Shown in pieces: positions 18,959 to 27,054 of a stretch of DNA of 64,000 nt; the first letter of the stretch is position 1, and every line of letters begins with the position of its first letter. A model generated the notes under the pieces. The model searched no databases. It saw only the letters and a list, made by a program, of their open reading frames with translations, and was not told the origin of the DNA. A program made the position numbers and the translations under genes. Location of the stretch: positions 124,001-188,000 of the IMG/VR virus record IMGVR_UViG_3300046513_000348. The stretch is one strand, 5' to 3'.

Positions 18959-19521
18959 CTCAACTTTCTGTTGACGAACCCTGGCATACGCCAGTCGGTA
19001 AATGGAACTACGCCCAGCGAATCGGCCATCTTCAGCTGCTGGATGAGGTAATGCAGAATCCCGACATCATGAAGGATGTGAAGGTCGGGTCTCTGCGTAT
19101 CTCGGATCGCCGGGAACAGTTCCCCAACTTTTACAACTTCATCGATACCGAACTGACCGCAGCATTCAGGCAGTATCTGTTCGACTGTTACAAACACACT
19201 CCGACGGAAGTAACATGGTCAGCATGGGTTCATGTCTGCCTGCATGGCCAAGGTCTTGTGCCTCATTACCACATGGGCGATGAGCATCTGACCTCGATTG
19301 TCTATCTGACGGAGTCGAAAGCGAATTTGGTTCTTCGGGATCCTCGCGCCAACATGGTTCGCAATTGGCCCCAAGAAATCCTGAAGGATCATTACAAAGA
19401 TTACGAAATTCATCCAAGAGTCGGTGACTTCGTTATGTTCCCAACCTTTATCGACCATTACGTAATGGCGACTGAACCGGACTTCCGTGTATCGGTTGCC
19501 ATTGACTGGTGTTTTAAATGA
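18955..19521 (+). CDS. Putative 2OG-Fe(II) oxygenase (TIGR02466-like)
   Basis: PHYH...LTSIVYL...LVLRDPR...GDFVMFPTFIDHYV...RVSVA. ATGA overlap sets the start at MTQ. Confidence 0.8.
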   Translation: MTQLSVDEPWHTPVGKWNYAQRIGHLQLLDEVMQNPDIMKDVKVGSLRISDRREQFPNFYNFIDTELTAAFRQYLFDCYKHTPTEVTWSAWVHVCLHGQGLVPHYHMGDEHLTSIVYLTESKANLVLRDPRANMVRNWPQEILKDHYKDYEIHPRVGDFVMFPTFIDHYVMATEPDFRVSVAIDWCFK

Positions 19522-20117
19522 CAACTCTTAACTCAAGCGCATTCCTCGCTGACTTCCTTACCAAAGGTTTCCACTGCTTCAATGCGGCGGACTTTTTACA
19601 ACTGTGCCCGATCGAGAAGTTCCAGACCGTCACCGTCAAGCACGCCGACAACTGCTTTCATGCGGAAGGCCATGAATTTCATAACGAGATCATGACGTCG
19701 GCAATCAAGGGCCTGATGTCGATCCTGACTGGCAGTGTCTTGTACGAGTTCGATGCTTCGCTGGCATTCGACTTCTTCGCCGATAAGCCGAACGATCATG
19801 TCGTGAAGTTCCACAGCGATGCACAGTACGCGATGCCTGGACAGAATGCCACGATTAATTGCTTCTTCGACGACACTGATGAGACCACGGGCGGCCGTTT
19901 CGATATGTCGCCTTACCGTGAAGACATCTTCGGCAAGAGCGACGATGTTCCTGGAATGGCCTCGGTCTATCCGAAGATGTACGACATCATCATCTTCAAT
20001 CAGAATCGGAATTTCCTGCATAAGGTGACATCGGCAAATTCGCGGCGCCGGATGATCTCCTTCGCCTGCACTTTCCATGACATCAACCCACTTCATCCGA
20101 ACTGGGTGCCAGCATGA
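19518..20117 (+). CDS. 2OG-Fe(II) oxygenase-like protein (paralog B)
   Basis: FHSD...INCFF...GG...FNQNRNFLHKV...RRRMISF. ATGA overlap. Confidence 0.75.
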   Translation: MTTLNSSAFLADFLTKGFHCFNAADFLQLCPIEKFQTVTVKHADNCFHAEGHEFHNEIMTSAIKGLMSILTGSVLYEFDASLAFDFFADKPNDHVVKFHSDAQYAMPGQNATINCFFDDTDETTGGRFDMSPYREDIFGKSDDVPGMASVYPKMYDIIIFNQNRNFLHKVTSANSRRRMISFACTFHDINPLHPNWVPA

Positions 20118-20689
20118 TCGACGTCGGCGAGTTTATTACTGAATATCTGACCAAAGGCTTCTTCCGCTTCAATGCGCACGAGGTCCTTAGCAGCTTCGAT
20201 TTGCGGGCTTTTGGGAAGATCAAGAAAACGGACACAACTTTCTACACGAAGCACCCGAAAGAGCGTTACAAGGGCTATACGGACCTGCAAGAGGCACTCC
20301 TGAAGCAACTTTCGCGCGACCTGTCGGAAATGTACTTCCACGAACTCAACCATGAGCTTCGTTTCAATGACATGTGGTCGTCGGCCAATCCGAATACCTA
20401 CGAATGGCACAACGATACCCTCCGCTGCTGGCCTGGTTTCAACAGTAGCGTGAACTGCTACTTCGACAGCACGGATCTCGAGACCGGCGGTTCGCTGCAA
20501 TTGCATCCGAACATCTATGCTGAGATCGAGGACGACTCGCGGGACATCAGCGAGGTCTATCCGCAGCAGTTCGATGTGATCGTGATTAACCAGAACTCCA
20601 ACTGGATGCATCGCGTTCTTCACACCGAACGTCCTCGTCGCATGGTGGCATTCGCAGGAGCATTCTTCGATTTCAATCCGGTGATCTAA
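20114..20689 (+). CDS. 2OG-Fe(II) oxygenase-like protein (paralog C)
   Basis: WHND...VNCYF...GG...INQNSNWMHRV...RRMVAF. ATGA overlap. Confidence 0.75.
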   Translation: MIDVGEFITEYLTKGFFRFNAHEVLSSFDLRAFGKIKKTDTTFYTKHPKERYKGYTDLQEALLKQLSRDLSEMYFHELNHELRFNDMWSSANPNTYEWHNDTLRCWPGFNSSVNCYFDSTDLETGGSLQLHPNIYAEIEDDSRDISEVYPQQFDVIVINQNSNWMHRVLHTERPRRMVAFAGAFFDFNPVI

Positions 20690-21148
20690 ATGAAACAGCC
20701 TGAACAAAAAGAATGGAAGATGTGGCAGCAGGTTTACAATAGCCTGGTAACTGACCACAGCGACGATCGCAAATACCATAAGCTCGAGTATTCATCCGAG
20801 AAAGTGGAGAATGCGTTCTTCTACCTGAACGAGAAAGCAGACTACGGCATTTACCCTGCCAAGAGCCGCATCATCGCAATCATCTACGCCACCATGCTGG
20901 AAAAGGTGTATGGCGAGGACTTCTACGAGGTTCTCAATGATCCCGACCTGCTGTACGGCCAGGATGATTTCTTCGTGCCATATCTGGAAGACATGGACAC
21001 GTACGATGCGATCATCGAACGCCTCAAGACTATGCCGGATTGGTTGGAGATGGGCTGGGCACCCAAGACTGTCGAGTACTTCTATTTGGAGTGCACGCAG
21101 AAGGGCGTCGAGTCGATTAACGGCAACAACATGACGGACGTCAAATAA
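20690..21148 (+). CDS. Hypothetical protein, last gene of rSAM cluster
   Basis: 152-aa ORF abutting the previous stop and followed by a hairpin. Confidence 0.75.
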   Translation: MKQPEQKEWKMWQQVYNSLVTDHSDDRKYHKLEYSSEKVENAFFYLNEKADYGIYPAKSRIIAIIYATMLEKVYGEDFYEVLNDPDLLYGQDDFFVPYLEDMDTYDAIIERLKTMPDWLEMGWAPKTVEYFYLECTQKGVESINGNNMTDVK

Positions 21149-21158
21149 CGAAAGTATA

Positions 21159-21190
21159 CATACATGGATGGCGCAAGCCATCCATGTATG
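21159..21190 (+). terminator. Stem-loop ending the rSAM operon
   Basis: CATACATGGATGGC-GCAA-GCCATCCATGTATG 14-bp stem with a GNRA loop. Confidence 0.8.
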
Positions 21191-21230
21191 GTGTATGTCT
21201 GCAAAGATCATGTGTTACGGAGGACTAAAA

Positions 21231-22214
21231 ATGCACGAACCTTTTTTCATTGGAAGACGAAAGAAAATGAGTATCGATTTATTCGGTACTCTTCCCGTTC
21301 CCCTTTCGATCTTCGCTTCTTCGATTGGCGATGGCTTTCTGCACATTTACGGCGGTCAAAAAGGTAACAATACCTACAATGCTTCTTATTTTTATCAAAA
21401 CCTACTGACCAAGCAATGGGGCACAGGTGCTACAACGTCACCTGCCAACTATTTTGCCAGCGGCTTTTATATCAATCGCCCAACGGAGGGGAAGCGCTTT
21501 TATACGGAAGGCGGCTGGAATATTGGCTCTGGCGTAAATGGGGCTAGTTGGTGGTTCGGTGCGACCGGGGCCACCAGTGGCGGTTCTGGCAATGCTTATA
21601 CGACTGGTGATACTCCTTACCGTACGGAAAAGAAGATGCTCTGTCCGGATAACGAAAATGTGTACATGGTCGCCGGTTATGACGGCACGAATACGATATC
21701 GAAGTTTTCGAAGTTTCAGTTCTCAACTGGTCTTCATACGGTTCTGGCACCAGTTCCTAAAGCAGTGAACGGTCACACTGTCGGCTGGTATAACGGAAAG
21801 CTTTACTGTGCGGCGGGTTACAGTAGCCAAGCTCCTGCAGGCGACACCACGGCAGTTTATCAATACGATCCTGGCGCCAATACCTGGAAGAAGATCACAG
21901 ATGCTCCAGCTGCTACTTCATGGACAGGCGGGTGTATCTACAAGAACCTTCTTGTTCTTCCGATGACGACTAATGTTTCAAACGGAAGCTTCTTCAACAT
22001 CGCAATCTATAATCTTGACACTGGAGTCTGGCGTGTCAAGAGCTCGGGATTAGTTGCGCACGTCGGAGCAGAATACGTCCCTGATCCACTCATAAACAAA
22101 GGCGTTTTCATTCTGGGAGGTATCCAAGGCAACTACGTCGGCGGTACTAACTGGGAAGCTAATGCTCGCTTCAACACGCAATATCTCATCAACGAAGATT
22201 GGCTGTATTACTAA
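21231..22214 (+). CDS. Kelch-repeat beta-propeller protein
   Basis: Kelch motifs LHIYGG, VYMVAGYDG, HTVGWYNGKLYCAAGY..VYQYDPGANTWKKI and VFILGG. SD GGAGG supports ATG 21231. Confidence 0.85.
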   Translation: MHEPFFIGRRKKMSIDLFGTLPVPLSIFASSIGDGFLHIYGGQKGNNTYNASYFYQNLLTKQWGTGATTSPANYFASGFYINRPTEGKRFYTEGGWNIGSGVNGASWWFGATGATSGGSGNAYTTGDTPYRTEKKMLCPDNENVYMVAGYDGTNTISKFSKFQFSTGLHTVLAPVPKAVNGHTVGWYNGKLYCAAGYSSQAPAGDTTAVYQYDPGANTWKKITDAPAATSWTGGCIYKNLLVLPMTTNVSNGSFFNIAIYNLDTGVWRVKSSGLVAHVGAEYVPDPLINKGVFILGGIQGNYVGGTNWEANARFNTQYLINEDWLYY

Positions 22215-22225
22215 GGAGTTTCACC

Positions 22226-23023
22226 ATGAGTTTCGATCCCATCTATACCTCTGGTATTCAGAAGGCCATTAATGAGAAGGCCAAACAGCGGCTGACCTGC
22301 GATGGTGCATTCGGTGCCAAATCGGTTGCCGCCCTCAAGGTCTTCCAGGGACAGTGCAGTCTGCCGCAAACCGGCATCTACGATACTGCCACCCAAGCGC
22401 AACTGGATCCGTTCATCAAGCAGAAGTTCCTGACCTTCGATTCGATCAAGAAGGCGGCTGCCGAACTGAGCCTGACGCCTGCTCACATCCGTACCGTGTG
22501 CGATGTCGAATCCAACGGTGCTGGTTTCCTGCCAGATGGTCGCGTCAAGATCTTGTTCGAACGTCACCATTTCCTGGCTTCTCTGAAGAAGCGCCTGCCT
22601 GCTGCGAAAGTAGCACAGCTGCAAAAGGACAACCCGGATATCATCAGCGAAACTCCGGGCGGTTACGTCGGTAACGAAGGCGAATACCCACGCTTCCTGC
22701 GCGCTTGCGCCATCGATCTGTACTCGGCTTACTATGCTACGTCGTTCGGTCTTTTCCAGATCATGGGCTTTAACTACGAGTTCGCCGGTTACAACGACAT
22801 CAACGTCTTCGTGACCGACATGAAGCTCTCGGAAACTTATCAGCTGATGGCGTTCGTGAACTTCAACAAGACCTACCGTAAGGGCATTCTCTGGACTGCT
22901 CTGAAAGCACAGGCGTGGGATGACTACGCTCTGGCTTACAACGGTTCGAACTACAAGAAGAATTTGTACGACACGAAGCTGGGTAACAGTTTCACGAAGT
23001 TCAGTAAAAACATCTTCGCCTAA
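22226..23023 (+). CDS. Modular endolysin: peptidoglycan-binding domain + N-acetylmuramidase (DUF3380-like)
   Basis: DGAFGAKSVAALKVFQ...TGIYD (PG-binding), then VESNGAGF...KILFERHHF...TSFGLFQIMGFNY...W..YA..YNG..Y..N.YD.KL. SD AAGGAG. Confidence 0.92.
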   Translation: MSFDPIYTSGIQKAINEKAKQRLTCDGAFGAKSVAALKVFQGQCSLPQTGIYDTATQAQLDPFIKQKFLTFDSIKKAAAELSLTPAHIRTVCDVESNGAGFLPDGRVKILFERHHFLASLKKRLPAAKVAQLQKDNPDIISETPGGYVGNEGEYPRFLRACAIDLYSAYYATSFGLFQIMGFNYEFAGYNDINVFVTDMKLSETYQLMAFVNFNKTYRKGILWTALKAQAWDDYALAYNGSNYKKNLYDTKLGNSFTKFSKNIFA

Positions 23024-23033
23024 TAGGCAGACA

Positions 23034-23071
23034 TACACATACTCCTAGCCTCACGGCTAGGAGTATGTGTA
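23034..23071. terminator. Bidirectional stem-loop
   Basis: TACACATACTCCTAGCC-TCAC-GGCTAGGAGTATGTGTA 17-bp stem between convergent genes. Confidence 0.85.
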
Positions 23072-23078
23072 CTTATGC

Positions 23079-23366
23079 TTACGCTGGGTAACTCGCCGAT
23101 ACTCGGATCTTCACGTTCGAGTGTTCGTCGAAGACGTGAAAACCTTTGCGCAACTTGCCAGCATTGGCCCAGCAGTGCTCAATGATCGTTCCATCCGGCA
23201 ACAGTACATCGTAATGCGTCTTGATGTAGTTGTTGCCATTCCAGATGCGCCATTCATCATAGCTGTAGCCATGCTTGAAACGACCAGATGCTTCGAAGTC
23301 TTCTACCTTCTTGGCATCCAACTCCCGTTTGAGAGTTAAGTTTTCACTGAGGGCCGATGAGGACAT
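23079..23366 (-). CDS. Hypothetical protein
   Basis: 95 aa with a TAATG overlap with the upstream ORF. Confidence 0.65.
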   Translation of the reverse strand: MSSSALSENLTLKRELDAKKVEDFEASGRFKHGYSYDEWRIWNGNNYIKTHYDVLLPDGTIIEHCWANAGKLRKGFHVFDEHSNVKIRVSASYPA

Positions 23367-23758
23367 TATTCACCCATGAAGATTGCTTTGGTCATGACCT
23401 TAGCTTTCGATGGATCGATGGCTTCGGCCAGACGGGCGGTTTCTTGCTGCTGGATGAACTGATGTGCCATGTACAGATCGAAACGCTTGATCTGCTCCTT
23501 AGCTTGCGCTCGAGTCATCCCCTTTTGCGCCATCAGCTGTCTGATCATCGTCTCCTTCGGTGGACGACCCGGCTGCGCCTTTACCACTTCCAGCGCCATC
23601 CGCAGCTTTTCCTTCATTTCCGGCGTCGTCTTTTCCGCCGCCGGCGCCGCTGCCGTCGCTTCCGCCAGCTGCTGGATCATCGCTGCCCGTTGCGCCGTCA
23701 TCTGGTTTTCCACCGCCTTGTCCATCTGCGCCTGCAGCGGGGTCTTGTTGTTGTTCAT
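23366..23758 (-). CDS. Hypothetical helical protein, overlapping the CYTH-like gene in another frame
   Basis: AGGAG SD about 9 nt before ATG (MNNNKTPLQAQ...), G-ending codons, and TAATG coupling to the next gene. Confidence 0.6.
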   Translation of the reverse strand: MNNNKTPLQAQMDKAVENQMTAQRAAMIQQLAEATAAAPAAEKTTPEMKEKLRMALEVVKAQPGRPPKETMIRQLMAQKGMTRAQAKEQIKRFDLYMAHQFIQQQETARLAEAIDPSKAKVMTKAIFMGE

Positions 23759-24506
23759 CGTCGTTTGCTCCTGGGCCATTGCCCTTGTTAAGTTCGGCGT
23801 CAGCTGCAACGCCGGGTTGACCGGAACCAGGTTCTTCGTAGGAAGACAGCGGTTCCTTAGTGTTTGGAAGAAGGAAGACATCCTCGTACAGACGGCTGAT
23901 CTTGGCCTTCGTTTCCTCGTTTTGTTGTCCTTCACTACCGTCGATCATTTCCGCAACGGCGAATGGCAGGGAAGGGAGTTCTTTGTCGCTCGGCCACTTC
24001 TCGAGGTCGATCTTGACCCATTCGAAATAGAGTTCGCCCGGCTTCGGGAAGCAGTCCACTTCCCAGTTCAGATCGCTGCCTTCGATCGGGAAGACATAAC
24101 GGTCCTTCAGCATGCCTTTGTTGGCGAAGTACTTGAAGACGTTGAACTGGTCGACGCTCGACTGTTCCGACGTTTCAGCCGAATGGCCTTTACCGCCCAC
24201 GTCCAACTTGGAGGTGAGGATGTACTGGATCGCAGCGCCAGGTTCACGCAGGTTGGTCACCTTGCGAACACGGATGGAGCCGGAACCAGCGTTTTCGTCG
24301 GTCTTCGGGATCTTGACGGACCATTGCTCTTGACGCTCGGCGCCGCTTGCACGTTCCAGGAACTTGAAGTCCGAAACACGAGCGTAGATGACGCGTTCGA
24401 TTTCAGCCGAAGTACGGCCACTGGTGTCTTCTGCTTCGTTCGAGATGAGACCACGCATTTCGCGTTGTTGCATCAGACCAGCGATGAGGGTATTGCCACC
24501 AAACAT
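23499..24506 (-). CDS. CYTH-like (triphosphate tunnel) protein with acidic Gly-rich tail
   Basis: SAEIERVIY (ExE), IRVRK, KDRYVFP and WEVDCF are CYTH-type motifs. SD AGGAG. Confidence 0.65.
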   Translation of the reverse strand: MFGGNTLIAGLMQQREMRGLISNEAEDTSGRTSAEIERVIYARVSDFKFLERASGAERQEQWSVKIPKTDENAGSGSIRVRKVTNLREPGAAIQYILTSKLDVGGKGHSAETSEQSSVDQFNVFKYFANKGMLKDRYVFPIEGSDLNWEVDCFPKPGELYFEWVKIDLEKWPSDKELPSLPFAVAEMIDGSEGQQNEETKAKISRLYEDVFLLPNTKEPLSSYEEPGSGQPGVAADAELNKGNGPGANDDEQQQDPAAGADGQGGGKPDDGATGSDDPAAGGSDGSGAGGGKDDAGNEGKAADGAGSGKGAAGSSTEGDDDQTADGAKGDDSSAS

Positions 24507-24519
24507 AATGCTCTCCTGT

Positions 24520-24813
24520 TTACGCGGGCACCAGGATCTTCAGGATCTCGACGATAGTCGACATGAAGACCTTCAGCACCTCTGATTCCGGGAGCGGAAT
24601 CTTCAGAATGAAAGAAAGGAAATAAGTGCCGAAGAGAAGGAACATCAGGACGATCATGGAGATGAACGACCAGCGTACAAACGGGCTCTGGAGACGGCCC
24701 ATTACCTTCTTATCAGCTTCGTCGGGATCGAGTGCATGGTCAACTTTATCCAGGATGTTGTCCATTGCATTCGGTGACGCCTGTTCTACAGGTGTCTCTT
24801 GGTTTGGATTCAT
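24520..24813 (-). CDS. Membrane protein, holin/antiholin candidate
   Basis: 97 aa with one clear TM segment plus an amphipathic helix, directly downstream of the spanin pair (ATGA overlap). Confidence 0.45.
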   Translation of the reverse strand: MNPNQETPVEQASPNAMDNILDKVDHALDPDEADKKVMGRLQSPFVRWSFISMIVLMFLLFGTYFLSFILKIPLPESEVLKVFMSTIVEILKILVPA

Positions 24814-25145
24814 TTCGTGTTCCCTGCCTTCTTGTTCAGATCGTCGATCTTTTCCTGGAGGTCGACTTTCGATTTACGAAGACCTGCTTTGTCTGCCATG
24901 TGTTTACCGATCACCTTGAGCAAGTCATTGGTGTAATCGACCCACATGGTTTCCTTAGCATCCCAGGGCATCGACGAGTAAGCCTGGGCAGTAACGGGAG
25001 GAGCGCCAACGTCGTAGTCCTGCAACTGTGCGTCGCTAGGAGTGAACGCCGTATAGCGATCCCGGTATTGTGGTTGCTGGGTTCCGCAGCCTGCCATGAG
25101 GGTGACGAGAACGGCAGCTACCAGTGGTTTAAGGCCGTGTTTCAT
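24810..25145 (-). CDS. o-spanin (Rz1-like lipoprotein)
   Basis: Signal peptide with lipobox MKHGLKPLVAAVLVTLMAG-C. Overlaps the i-spanin end by 17 nt. Confidence 0.8.
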   Translation of the reverse strand: MKHGLKPLVAAVLVTLMAGCGTQQPQYRDRYTAFTPSDAQLQDYDVGAPPVTAQAYSSMPWDAKETMWVDYTNDLLKVIGKHMADKAGLRKSKVDLQEKIDDLNKKAGNTK

Positions 25146-25593
25146 TTGTCGCCTGCGATTTGCAAATGGCGTTATTCGGCTGGATAAAGCAATAGTTATC
25201 CCAGACACTCGTCATGCGTGCCTCAGACTTCATGCGCGCTTTCTCTTCAGGAGTCGCTTCCGACTTATCGATAGCAATCTCCTTCTGCTTCAGAGCATTT
25301 CGCGTGTCCCTTACTTTTTTATCCAGAGCTTCCTTTTGCTGGTCGGACATGGCCTGTCCCAGGAGCATTGACGCTTGTCCCACTTTAACCAACTCAAGGT
25401 CGTGTTGTAGCGAAGTGTTTGCCTCTTTCAGAGTGGCATTAGCCGACGTGGTTTCCTTCACTTCCGTAAAGAGATACCAGGTCGACCCTGCCAAGCCGAG
25501 GAAGACAACTGCAAGGACCGTGAGAGCCACGATCTTCACAATCGCCAACGGTTTAGCGGCAACGGCTTCGACTACGTCAGTTGTCATAGTCAT
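25129..25593 (-). CDS. i-spanin (Rz-like)
   Basis: N-terminal TM (IVALTVLAVVFLGLAG) followed by a coiled coil and C-terminal Cys pair, upstream of the lipoprotein. Confidence 0.75.
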   Translation of the reverse strand: MTMTTDVVEAVAAKPLAIVKIVALTVLAVVFLGLAGSTWYLFTEVKETTSANATLKEANTSLQHDLELVKVGQASMLLGQAMSDQQKEALDKKVRDTRNALKQKEIAIDKSEATPEEKARMKSEARMTSVWDNYCFIQPNNAICKSQATNETRP

Positions 25594-26164
25594 GATGAAG
25601 CTCTCGCTTGAGTGAGCAGTAACCGACCGCAATCGAGTCAACTGCATTGTTGTCCATGGTGTCGATATTTCCTATCAGAACATCCATGATCTCGGGTATA
25701 TTTTTAATGGCTTCAGTCATGGCATGCTTATCGCCAGACGTACCTTTGACACCCACTGCCTTCTTGATGCTAGAAGGATCAATTTTTTCAAGAGCAAGAT
25801 ACGGATCGTAGTCGTGCACTTCCTGCTCGATCATGAACAGGCATTCGGCCAGAGGAATCACTGCGCCTGGCCGAGCGATATTGATGAATGGGTGTTCTGA
25901 TGCAATCTTGAGTGGTCGCTCTGTCCGGAGCATGTCCTTGAGGAACTGCCGGAAGGCGAACAGTTTGAGGTATCGTTGGTTCTGGTATTCCGAATGGTTC
26001 GAACGACGGCTCAAGCGTTCGAGGTTCAAACACTGGGCCGATACACGCGCGATCTTTTTATTCGGAACGTCATAACTAATGACTGAGACACCGGGGAACG
26101 AAGTCCCCGGGTCTATGCCAATGAATTTGACTATACCTTTCCCATCGCTGGGAATGCGCAGCAT
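25577..26164 (-). CDS. ruvC: RuvC-like Holliday junction resolvase
   Basis: FIGIDPGT (D), IASEHPF (E), PSSIKKAVG and NAVDSIAVG (D). Confidence 0.88.
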   Translation of the reverse strand: MLRIPSDGKGIVKFIGIDPGTSFPGVSVISYDVPNKKIARVSAQCLNLERLSRRSNHSEYQNQRYLKLFAFRQFLKDMLRTERPLKIASEHPFINIARPGAVIPLAECLFMIEQEVHDYDPYLALEKIDPSSIKKAVGVKGTSGDKHAMTEAIKNIPEIMDVLIGNIDTMDNNAVDSIAVGYCSLKRELHHDYDN

Positions 26165-26167
26165 GGC

Positions 26168-27022
26168 TTAGGTATTGACGCCTTCGAGCTTGAACAGCGG
26201 CTCGGAGATACCCAGTTCCAGCTGGTCCGACAGATCCTGGTTGATGTAGTCCAGGGCGTACAGTGCCTGGATGAACGAAGCGATCTGAACGCCGATGGCT
26301 TCCCAGAACGCGAAGGTGCCGTTCTGACCAGGAGCGTTGATCTGTTTCATTGCGCCGGTGCACAGCGCGACTTCGGTCACGATGGCTTTGCCGGTGGCGC
26401 CCTTGATGATCTCGGATGCCTTGCGGATCTCGGCGATGTCGAAGTCGTCCAGCGGCAGCGTGATGATGGTCGAAGCGATGACCGACATGCCAGCCAGCAG
26501 GTTGGTGCCCGAGTCGGACAGGTCGACCGGTTGCGGGTTCAGGTTCGATTCATCCGGAGTGAACTCTTCGACCGTGGACGAACCGTCCGGCAGCGTACGC
26601 TTCAGGAACAGGTCGGTGTCCGAAGTCGAGAAGTCGACACGCTTCAGGTAGTAAGCCCAGTAAGTCACGCCGTTGTACTGCTTCTGCACGCGCATGGCGT
26701 AGCGAGTACGGCGTTCCGGCGGCAGGTCGTTGTCCAGAGGACGCAGCGAGAACGGCATGTGATCGAACAGAGCCGCATCGGTGGTCTTGTGCTGATGGAT
26801 TGCCACTTCGGCCGAACCGTCGGCGCCCAGCTGCATGCCCATGCCACCGCGGCCGATAGCCAGGTAGGACAGGGTCGGGTAAACGCCAGCTGCCGGGTAT
26901 TCACGCGACAGGACGTTGAACTTTTCGTTCAGGGTGGTGTATGGCAGGAATTTGTGTTGGCCACCTCGCACCATTGCCGATTGCAATTTCGAGAAGTAGG
27001 CACTGCGGACTACGTGTTCCAT
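26168..27022 (-). CDS. Virion structural protein (jumbo-phage baseplate-region type)
   Basis: YLAIGRGG...H...DAALF..MPF.LR..DNDL...R..YA.R...YWAYYLKR motif. Sits between the RuvC and portal block as in phiKZ-like phages. Confidence 0.65.
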   Translation of the reverse strand: MEHVVRSAYFSKLQSAMVRGGQHKFLPYTTLNEKFNVLSREYPAAGVYPTLSYLAIGRGGMGMQLGADGSAEVAIHQHKTTDAALFDHMPFSLRPLDNDLPPERRTRYAMRVQKQYNGVTYWAYYLKRVDFSTSDTDLFLKRTLPDGSSTVEEFTPDESNLNPQPVDLSDSGTNLLAGMSVIASTIITLPLDDFDIAEIRKASEIIKGATGKAIVTEVALCTGAMKQINAPGQNGTFAFWEAIGVQIASFIQALYALDYINQDLSDQLELGISEPLFKLEGVNT

Positions 27023-27054
27023 GAGTTTAACCTGTTATGTTAATTAGGAGGGAT

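Noticed and set aside
7576-21148. Interpretation as a DNA-hypermodification (7-deazaguanine or 5hmU) or anaerobic RNR-activase locus
   Set aside because: No queC/queD/folE/dpdA, dUMP hydroxymethylase, kinase or nrdD genes are visible in this window, and the rSAMs carry SPASM-like tails beside a Cys/His-repeat protein. This alternative is disfavoured but cannot be fully excluded without nucleoside analysis.
21168-21230. N-terminal extension of the Kelch ORF in the track
   Set aside because: It starts inside the terminator hairpin, and a GGAGG SD supports ATG 21231.
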